From positions 1-12,645 of the forward strand of contig JAEOUE010000205.1 in assembly GCA_016839515.1 (NCBI GenBank): a DNA stretch of 12,645 nucleotides, in the 5' to 3' direction. The notes below the pieces were generated by a model that worked only from the letters and a program-made list of their open reading frames with translations, had not been told where the DNA came from and did not search any database. The DNA is from Candidatus Hodarchaeum mangrovi (GTDB taxonomy: Archaea; Asgardarchaeota; Heimdallarchaeia; Hodarchaeales; Hodarchaeaceae). The position numbers and the translations under genes were made by a program. Of the stretch, positions 1-7,239 are shown piece after piece (the first letter of the stretch is position 1; each line of letters starts with the position of its first letter).

Positions 1-407
1 AAAATATTGATAGCTATGTTATTCTTTTTCCTAACTCCTTTAAAGTTTTAAAACATTTAAAAGATTTAGGATTCTTACTGGGTTTGGTTACCAATAACCG
101 AAGAAAGGTGGCTTTCTCTGTTCTTAGGAAATTTAATCTATTAGAATTTTTTAATCATGTAACGAGCTTAGAAGACATGATTAAGCCCAAACCACATCCA
201 AGTGGATTAATTCATATTATCCAAAAATTAGGCAGCACAAGTCAGAATAGCGTTTATATTGGTGATTCACCATCAGATTTCGAGGCAAGCTCCTCTGCTG
301 GTGTCCCTTTTATTTTAATTGAAAGACCTAATACAAATTTTGATTTCCCTAAATTAGATCCTGAGGTTTTAATTATACAGGATTTACTAGCACTTATTTC
401 TTTTTAA
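1..407 (+). CDS. HAD-superfamily hydrolase (phosphoglycolate phosphatase-like), 5'-truncated by window edge
   Basis: The frame is open from position 3 (NIDSYVILFPNSFKVLKHLKDLGFLLGLVTNN...), so the ORF-track start at 84 is internal. HAD motif II (LVTNN), motif III (KPKPHP) and motif IV (YIGDSPSD) are present. Motif I lies outside the window. Confidence 0.88.
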   Translation, partial: NIDSYVILFPNSFKVLKHLKDLGFLLGLVTNNRRKVAFSVLRKFNLLEFFNHVTSLEDMIKPKPHPSGLIHIIQKLGSTSQNSVYIGDSPSDFEASSSAGVPFILIERPNTNFDFPKLDPEVLIIQDLLALISF

Positions 408-666
408 AATTTCAATTATTTTCCCAAAAAGACCAATCCTATTTGTGATTTGTATTAAAGAAGTAGATTCCCTATCCTAACATTAATATTGTTAACGAAA
501 AAAAAAGGGGATTTATAAAATTTCTAGTTAATTAAAAGCCTTCTTTACAATTTATTTGAAAAACTCCCTATTAATTTTCTATTTAAACTATATGTGATAT
601 TTTTAAACATCTGATTTTTAGTGTTTAATATAAGTAATTATTAACTTTACAATAAAGGGTTCAATA

Positions 667-1218
667 ATGAATGCATTTAACGGTTTTTTTTCGAAATATA
701 AATATTATGAATATTTACTAGGCCTATTAAGATTCTTTTATGGTTTTGAATTCCTATTTGCCTTTCTAGATAAATTATTAGGAATTTATTCTGTTGATCC
801 TCAGTATTCATATTTAGCGGGCAGCTCTCCTACACAATTTTACTTAACTAATATAACTAATCCAAATAGTCCATTTGCTTTTATTTTTAGTGGAGATAAT
901 TCCCTTTTAGTTCAGTTTCTTCCTCTTGTAGACCTAGCATATATGGGAATGTTACTTGTTGGAGGAATTACGTTACTAACAGGCATTGGAGTTCGCTTAG
1001 GAGCAACTTCTACAGGAATTTTCTTTTTTTCAGTATGGTTGGCAAGTTTTCCTCCAGCAAACAATCCACTTCTCGAGGCACATTTTCTGCAAATGTGGAT
1101 CTTAATCTTTTTTGCAATTACTAATTCAGGCTTTTGGCTTGGATTGGGTGAGCGATGGATAAATTATCTATCGAGGTTTGAATTTCTTCCAGAAAAAGTT
1201 AGGTTTCTTATGAAATAA
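667..1218 (+). CDS. DoxX/DoxD-family membrane protein (thiosulfate:quinone oxidoreductase subunit-like)
   Basis: About 4 hydrophobic segments. Family-typical LLRFFYGFEFLFAFLDKLLG, GSSPT, LLTGIGVRL, NNPLLEAH and GLGERW. Confidence 0.75.
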   Translation: MNAFNGFFSKYKYYEYLLGLLRFFYGFEFLFAFLDKLLGIYSVDPQYSYLAGSSPTQFYLTNITNPNSPFAFIFSGDNSLLVQFLPLVDLAYMGMLLVGGITLLTGIGVRLGATSTGIFFFSVWLASFPPANNPLLEAHFLQMWILIFFAITNSGFWLGLGERWINYLSRFEFLPEKVRFLMK

Positions 1219-1240
1219 GAATAATGAAATTTTTATTGGA

Positions 1241-1257
1241 TTTTCTTTCTTCTTTTT
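1241..1257 (+). terminator. Probable archaeal U-rich terminator after the DoxX gene
   Basis: Pyrimidine tract TTTTCTTTCTTCTTTTT about 23 nt after the stop, between convergent genes. Confidence 0.35.
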
Positions 1258-1367
1258 GCATATTCATTCCCAATTTTAGTATTTTTTTTATGACTTTCTG
1301 TTATATGACCAAATAGTTCATTACTAGAGAATAAAAAGGAATTTAATCTCAAGGAGTAAAAACGAGA

Positions 1368-2720
1368 TTATTTTTTTGGAAAAAGATTAAATTTACCTCT
1401 AATAAAATTAACAATAAAGAAAAGGGAATTGGAAAGAGAACTTTTTTGAAATTCGATAGGATCTTCAATAGTGAAATAGCTAAACCACGTGAGAAATCGG
1501 AATAGAAAAACAACGAACATAAGTATTCCTATTAGCTGTAAGGATGGTCTCTGGGTCCCGCTTAAGATCTGTAATGCTAATCCTGTGATGCTAGAACCAA
1601 TAAATGCACTAATTCCACCAATTAACCCTGCTAATGAAATGTAGGTTGCTTTTCTATTGTTGTTTTCAGGACTCATTTCTGTTATGTCAAAAATCAATGT
1701 TTGGATTGCAATAGTAGATCCACCAAGAAAAAATCCAATTAAAATATTAGTAATAAGTATCCAATAGACTTGATTTGTCAGTATTGCTACTATAATAAAG
1801 ATTGGAGGAAGAATCAAGGCTCCTCGAGAGCCAAGTATAACTTTCTTACGTCCAATTTTGTCCGTCAACCATCCACCAATATTTTGACTAACTGCAACCG
1901 TCATTCCCATCGAAAATGCTAATAAACCAATTTCGAACCAATTATGGGCAAGTTCGAAGGTAACATATGGAAAAAGCGGCCAACCTGCCCCCCAAGCTAA
2001 TGTAAATATAAAATCTGCAATAAAGAATTTTTTTAAGGGAGATGGTATTTGGGATAAAAATTTTTTCAACTCCCATTTTTCTTTCAGCGTTGAAAATTCC
2101 TTTGTTAGGATTTTCTGGCTATTGGGAAGGAAAATTGTAAGAACCATTGCAAATCCATATCCAAGCGAGCTAATATAAAATGGAAGAGTTAATGTTTGAA
2201 TATTTTGGCGAGTAGGATCAAGTTGATCCAAAAGAAAAGTTACGATTAACAATACAAAATTTCCAATAAATGTGATAAAAGAACTAATCCGACCTAAGAC
2301 TGTGCCTCTAGATCTTGAGGTGGTAAAGTCTGAAAGGTATGCAGACCATGCGGGACCAACAACGACTAATCCCAAAATAGTTTGTAATATCAATAAAAAA
2401 AGAACTATTAGAGGATTGGGAGAATGTGGAATAACTAACGAAACAAGGAATAATACTAAATTCCCTCCGAATAAAAATAATCTCCTATCAAATCTATCAG
2501 CGAGATAGCCCCAAAGAGGGTTAAACAATGCTGCCCCTAATTGTCGAAATGAGGTTAAAAATCCTTGAACAATACCTGTTGCTCCAAGCATAATTGCTAA
2601 AAATTGATATAAATTGTCAAATAACACTGATCCAATATAATTTCCTAATCCTAGTACATATGTTAGTCGAGGGAATCGATTGCTTGAAGAACTATCGTTT
2701 CTAGTTATTATTTGGGTCAT
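1368..2720 (-). CDS. Major facilitator superfamily transporter
   Basis: 450 aa, about 12 TM segments. MFS motif A occurs twice (WGYLADRFDRR, GGWLTDKIGRK), plus the SRSRGTVLG loop motif. Confidence 0.92.
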   Translation of the reverse strand: MTQIITRNDSSSSNRFPRLTYVLGLGNYIGSVLFDNLYQFLAIMLGATGIVQGFLTSFRQLGAALFNPLWGYLADRFDRRLFLFGGNLVLFLVSLVIPHSPNPLIVLFLLILQTILGLVVVGPAWSAYLSDFTTSRSRGTVLGRISSFITFIGNFVLLIVTFLLDQLDPTRQNIQTLTLPFYISSLGYGFAMVLTIFLPNSQKILTKEFSTLKEKWELKKFLSQIPSPLKKFFIADFIFTLAWGAGWPLFPYVTFELAHNWFEIGLLAFSMGMTVAVSQNIGGWLTDKIGRKKVILGSRGALILPPIFIIVAILTNQVYWILITNILIGFFLGGSTIAIQTLIFDITEMSPENNNRKATYISLAGLIGGISAFIGSSITGLALQILSGTQRPSLQLIGILMFVVFLFRFLTWFSYFTIEDPIEFQKSSLSNSLFFIVNFIRGKFNLFPKK

Positions 2721-3009
2721 AGGGGTGCATAGAAGGCGTTAAAGGATAAATTAAAAACTATATAGTACTGGATTAAATTTGATCATACTCTTTTTCAGAA
2801 GTTATGGCCATCAAATACCCCAAGTTGGCTAAATAATTACATTATCCTTAAAGTTTTGCCTTTCTATCTTCTGAACTCAATCTTGATGACCCTCAAACCG
2901 TAATTCAGGGGAGTACAGTGAATCCTGTTGTAAAGAATATTCTGTATAAATAATGCTGAACCATATATCTTTAATAAGTTGATGATTGAGCGATTTCTAG
3001 AAGAGAAAA

Positions 3010-4914
3010 ATGGTAAAAAAAGCTGAAAATGGCAATTTATTCCATATTAAATGGTTTTATAAACAAGGATTAACAATTATAGTTATTTTCATGTTTTTCA
3101 TCCAAATCCCAAATTTAACAATAGCTGAAATGGAACCTAATACAATGAATAATACAACATCCAAACTTTCACCAGGTCAAATTAAGAGGGTCGATTGGAT
3201 GCCAAATTTTCCCTCACCATATGAAATGAGAGATTGGAACAAAGTTACAAAGGATTATGATTCTTTCATATTTGATTTTGATAAGATAGGAGATTATTTG
3301 CCTTTTATTCATTGGTCCACCGAATTTCAAAATTTTCCCAGAAATACCTTTAATTTACCTTCTTATGTTGGGTCAGTTGTGGCAGATGAAGCCATTAATT
3401 GTTTAGCTGCTGTTTTAGGTGCAACATTAGTTGGAATTGACAAATCAAACCAAAATGGGGTAGATTGGGTACTTATGTGTGAGAATTGGTATAATATTGA
3501 TACTGCTCAACATCTCTATCTTAATAATCGGCGAACAATGACTGGAAAAACTTTTTGGTATGAACTTCTTCCTACTGTGTTATTTTATCAACTAGCTTAC
3601 TATTATCCAACCACTGGTGATTTTCAAAACGAGACGTATCAAATTGCAGAGCGATGGTATGAGGCCTGTGTTGCATTAGGAGGTTCAACTAATCCTTGGC
3701 AGAATCCCAATTTTAATTATACAGCATTTGATTTCCTGAGAATGAGTGGGGTAGATAATGGACAATGGCGAGAACCTGATGCAGCAGCTGCAGTAGGTTG
3801 GCTTGAATATATTAGCTGGTTAAAATGGGGAGATGAACGATTTCTAACAGCTGCAGATTGGTGTATTTCATTCTTAGATCAGCTCACGTTTAATCCACTT
3901 TATGAAATCCTACTTCCATATGGAGCTTATACTGCTGCTCGGATGAACGCAGAGCTGGGACGGAATTATGATGTAAACAAGATTATTAATTGGTGTTTCG
4001 ACCCTAGCTATGTAAGGCCTGGATGGGGAGTAATCACTGGGAGATGGGGACAATATGATTGCAATGGGCTTCATGGAAGTATGACCGATGGTGGGGGATA
4101 TGCATTCGCTATGGGGACTTTTCAAAACGTTGGTGCTCTCATTCCTTTAACTCGATATGATGATCGATATTCACGAGCAATTGGTAAGTATGTTCTGAAT
4201 GCAGCAAACGCTGCAAGATTATACTACGGAAATGGTTTACCTTATCTACACCAAGACTCTGAAGATTGGCTTAAAATATATGATCCTGATTCTTGTATTG
4301 CTTATGAGGGATTACGTAAAGATTGGAATGGAATTGCCCCTCTTGCAACGGGAGATGTAAATCAAGATCGCTATTTGAATCAACAGGGACCAACTAACCT
4401 TGGTTTATATGGTAGTTCGCATGTAGGAATTTTTGGAGGAATTATCTCCCCCACAAATATTGAGGGGATCCTCCAATTAGATTGTCTCAAAACTGATTAT
4501 TATCATGATGATGCTTATCCTACTTTCCTTTATTATAATCCATACAATAGTAATAAAACAGTTGAAATTAATGTGGGACAATATATTTGTGACTTATATG
4601 ATGCTACGACTAATAGTTTTCTAAAAAAAGGAGTTTCTGGCCTTAGCTCCTTTATTCTTCCATCTAATACTGCTGCTTTAATAGTTATAGTACCTTCTGA
4701 GGGAACTTTAAGTTATATAGATAATAAAACCCTAATTAATGGAGTTATTGTGGATTATACTCCAGAAATTTTTCAGTATTCAAAAAGTACTTCAGCCTTT
4801 TGGTTTACCCCTACACTTGCTCTAATTGTTCCATCACTCATTAGAAAACTATTCAAACAAACGAATATTAAAAAAAAACCCATTGAAAATTATAATAAGA
4901 TTGAGGGAGATTAA
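3010..4914 (+). CDS. Secreted, probably C-terminally anchored, uncharacterised protein with (alpha/alpha)6-toroid glycoside-hydrolase-like features
   Basis: 634 aa. N-terminal basic plus hydrophobic signal-like segment (KQGLTIIVIFMFFIQIPNLTIA). Trp/Tyr/Asp-rich core with helical-hairpin motifs (WGDERFLTAADW, YYYPTTGDF). Beta-rich C-terminal domain, then TSAFWFTPTLALIVPSLIRK and a basic tail. The CDS is certain; the function is inferred. Confidence 0.6.
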   Translation: MVKKAENGNLFHIKWFYKQGLTIIVIFMFFIQIPNLTIAEMEPNTMNNTTSKLSPGQIKRVDWMPNFPSPYEMRDWNKVTKDYDSFIFDFDKIGDYLPFIHWSTEFQNFPRNTFNLPSYVGSVVADEAINCLAAVLGATLVGIDKSNQNGVDWVLMCENWYNIDTAQHLYLNNRRTMTGKTFWYELLPTVLFYQLAYYYPTTGDFQNETYQIAERWYEACVALGGSTNPWQNPNFNYTAFDFLRMSGVDNGQWREPDAAAAVGWLEYISWLKWGDERFLTAADWCISFLDQLTFNPLYEILLPYGAYTAARMNAELGRNYDVNKIINWCFDPSYVRPGWGVITGRWGQYDCNGLHGSMTDGGGYAFAMGTFQNVGALIPLTRYDDRYSRAIGKYVLNAANAARLYYGNGLPYLHQDSEDWLKIYDPDSCIAYEGLRKDWNGIAPLATGDVNQDRYLNQQGPTNLGLYGSSHVGIFGGIISPTNIEGILQLDCLKTDYYHDDAYPTFLYYNPYNSNKTVEINVGQYICDLYDATTNSFLKKGVSGLSSFILPSNTAALIVIVPSEGTLSYIDNKTLINGVIVDYTPEIFQYSKSTSAFWFTPTLALIVPSLIRKLFKQTNIKKKPIENYNKIEGD

Positions 4915-4935
4915 GGAGAGAAATTCTCTTTTTTT
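4915..4935 (+). terminator. Short hairpin plus T7 tract terminator
   Basis: GGAGAG-AAATT-CTCTTT (6 bp including 2 G-U) running into 7 T's immediately after the TAA stop. Confidence 0.5.
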
Positions 4936-5184
4936 GCACCTTATGGAATTTCTAGAAAAAACGAGTTTTTTAATAAAAATCAGTTGTTGAAGGATCCATA
5001 GTTTTATATCGACTGAATTACAGATTGAAGTTAAGTAAGAGGAATATAGCTGCTTTCCAAACAGTTTGCGCAAGGTTACTTGTGTTACTTCCTAATAAAA
5101 TAATAATGCAAAGAAATTAAAAATAAAACCCAAAACCAGTTTTGACACCTTTATTGGTTATCAACTTTAAAAGATGGCTTTATA

Positions 5185-6006
5185 ATGACATCCTTATTTG
5201 ATTATATAATTTCATATTTTATTTATTTTCTACCTAGCTTAATCCTAGCTTTCCTCGCTGTTTTAATCGGTCTTGTTGTTTTTTATTTGGGAAAGAGAAA
5301 AAATATTCAACTAATGGATAATTCCATTAATCTACTTCAAAGGGATAAAGAAAACAACGGATGGAAGTTTAAACTAGCGGAGAAAACCACAAGTGGACGA
5401 ACATACCTTGTTGACTTGAAAAAAGACCTTTTATTAGACGATTTTCGAATTCACTTTACTTTAATACCGAGACATCTTATAATAAGCCGAATTGGATCAC
5501 TAATCAGAAAAAGGAGAGATTATTTGCTTATTGAAGCGGACCCGGCTGATAAAATAGTCTTTCGATATCAAATTGAAATAATGCCATATAGAGAAGAAAA
5601 GAGAAGAAAAGCATTATTTGATATGTTAGGAAAATTACAAAAAATAAGCATCGGAAATCCACAATTTGAAAAAAGTCTTGGTATATGGGTTAATGATCCC
5701 GAATTTTTTTCAGCAGTTTTTCAAGAGAAACCACAAATTCTACGTAATTTATTTTCTTATAGAGATATCATTGTCAGGTTCTCCTTATATCCATTAGAGC
5801 ATCCTTCGATTCGTTTGGTTGCTGAATTATCTGAAGGTATTGAATTTACAAAATTAATAGAAACTTTGTTTGATTTAACTGCTGGTATTGTAAACATTGG
5901 TTCTAAAGGTTTTTATGCAAAAAAGAAGGATCAGCTACGTATAATTCGAGATAAAAAACTTGAAGAAGAAAAACAACGGCATGGAGATCGAAAATTTAAA
6001 ATTTAA
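5185..6006 (+). CDS. Single-pass membrane protein resembling CCDC47/DUF1682 (PAT complex subunit)
   Basis: N-terminal TM followed by [10 protein letters not shown], then SGR, [26 protein letters not shown], and a basic/acidic helical C-terminal tail. These are colinear with CCDC47 motifs as I recall them. Confidence 0.62.
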   Translation: [273 protein letters not shown]

Positions 6007-6014
6007 AGATTTTT

Positions 6015-6557
6015 TCAATTTTTATTTTTTCCCAGATTTTTGCTTAAATTACCCTCTTTTACTTTCTCTTCTATTTTATTTCTAAGGTCAAAGACATTAA
6101 TTGATTTTGGAAAACGATAAATGGCCAAATCAACATATTCGCTTTCTAAATCTTCTTCAAATAATCTTATAATAAAACCTTTTGCACCATAATGGGAAAA
6201 AGAGACTGCTAAGGCAACAATCGAGAAATCAGTCCATTTATATTCGTGAATTCGTTTTCCGATGCTGATACTAAACTTATCTGGCAAAAGGATTATCTCT
6301 CTTTTTACATAACGAGTATGATAATAATAAGTAAATCCTACAGCTCCCAAAAGGAGAAAAGCTATAGTTACAATATTTATAGGAATAAGCGGAGATCCAG
6401 TCAATTGGGTTATTAATGATCCTGTAGCTAAGAAAAAAATCGATTCTAGAAGAAGAATAATTCCATAAACAAGTAAAATAGAAAATCCAATCCGAGTTGA
6501 AAGTTTAATAATCTCCTCTTGATTAACTAGAGAATCGTCCTTTGTAGATTGAATCAT
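6015..6557 (-). CDS. Hypothetical membrane protein: 2 TM helices plus a soluble PH-like beta domain
   Basis: 180 aa, two hydrophobic helices, then IILLPDKFSISIGKRIHEYKWTDFSIV, a pattern typical of bacterial-type PH domains. SD GGGTGA (6562-6567) overlaps the upstream stop codon. Confidence 0.7.
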   Translation of the reverse strand: MIQSTKDDSLVNQEEIIKLSTRIGFSILLVYGIILLLESIFFLATGSLITQLTGSPLIPINIVTIAFLLLGAVGFTYYYHTRYVKREIILLPDKFSISIGKRIHEYKWTDFSIVALAVSFSHYGAKGFIIRLFEEDLESEYVDLAIYRFPKSINVFDLRNKIEEKVKEGNLSKNLGKNKN

Positions 6558-6566
6558 TTATTCACC

Positions 6567-7148
6567 CTATTCTTTCTTCCAGAATTTTAATCTCAAACCT
6601 TTTTTATCCATTTCAGAGGGATTAAAGAGAGTAGCACCACGCCGAGCAATAAAACCCTCAGAGTGAATAAACTCCTTATTCTTTAAATTTGCATATACCA
6701 AACCGATTTCTCGTTGGTTAAAGCGTTTCAAATGACCCATTACATTATCAGGTAGATTTTCTTCACCAAAGAAAACTAGCCAGCTCCATTCAAATTCCAT
6801 TATCTCCATTAATGCCCTAAGATAACGTATCCAACTCACAATCGTTGACCATTTTGTTTTTGAGGCATTTTGAAGCTCTATTACAGAACATGCCACAACA
6901 TAGGTGGGAGAAGCTAAGAATGCGAAAGCTCTAGATAGAATGAAACCTTTTCCTCGTACACCCCCATAGATTAATGCATCAACTGGTTTTTTCGATTCAT
7001 CAATATTCTTGCCTTTTAATGCTTTAGAAATATCGAAATCTCTTAAGGAAAGATCAAAATTTGCTATCCATCGCCCACCCTTAAAGAATAAACATGTTTC
7101 TATAAACCGAAGATATTTCTCCTTATAAGAAAGATTGAGATGTGTCAC
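6567..7148 (-). CDS. Hypothetical protein, possible degenerate PD-(D/E)XK/restriction-endonuclease-like alpha/beta fold
   Basis: 193 aa, GTG start with SD-like AGGTTGA (7155-7161). PVDALIYG strand followed by alternating strands and helices (WSWLVFFGE, EIGLVYANL). The fold call is inference only. Confidence 0.65.
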   Translation of the reverse strand: MTHLNLSYKEKYLRFIETCLFFKGGRWIANFDLSLRDFDISKALKGKNIDESKKPVDALIYGGVRGKGFILSRAFAFLASPTYVVACSVIELQNASKTKWSTIVSWIRYLRALMEIMEFEWSWLVFFGEENLPDNVMGHLKRFNQREIGLVYANLKNKEFIHSEGFIARRGATLFNPSEMDKKGLRLKFWKKE

Positions 7149-7204
7149 AATATTTCAACCTTTACATTTCTCGCTCCTTTATAAATTATATGGCATAAAG
7201 AAAT

Positions 7205-7237
7205 AGGAAAAAAAAAAAGGGGGGAGGGGGAGAGAAA
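7205..7237 (-). terminator. Polypyrimidine/U11 terminator of the APC permease gene
   Basis: 33-nt pure-purine run on + (A11 at 7208-7218, then G6 A G5), read as a C/U tract on the - strand starting 3 nt after the stop. Confidence 0.6.
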
Positions 7238-7239
7238 TC

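Noticed and set aside
2272-2508. 78-aa + strand ORF
   Set aside because: Antisense shadow wholly inside the MFS gene; no motif.
2884-2959. TGATGA...CTGA resembling a box C/D sRNA
   Set aside because: 76 nt is long for an archaeal guide, there are no D'/C' boxes at the expected spacing, and I recognised no rRNA complementarity.
3910-4125. 71-aa - strand ORF
   Set aside because: Antisense to the 634-aa gene.
4849-5073. 74-aa - strand ORF
   Set aside because: TTG start, overlaps the end of the 634-aa gene and its terminator, and has AT-driven composition.
5174-5185. Micro-uORF ATG GCT TTA TAA overlapping the CCDC47-like start (TAATG)
   Set aside because: Three codons, readily explained by chance; may lie upstream of a leaderless TSS.
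6015-6557. Possible Asterix partner next to the CCDC47-like gene
   Set aside because: Convergent orientation, 2 TM plus a soluble domain rather than a small 3-TM protein, and coupled to a different operon.
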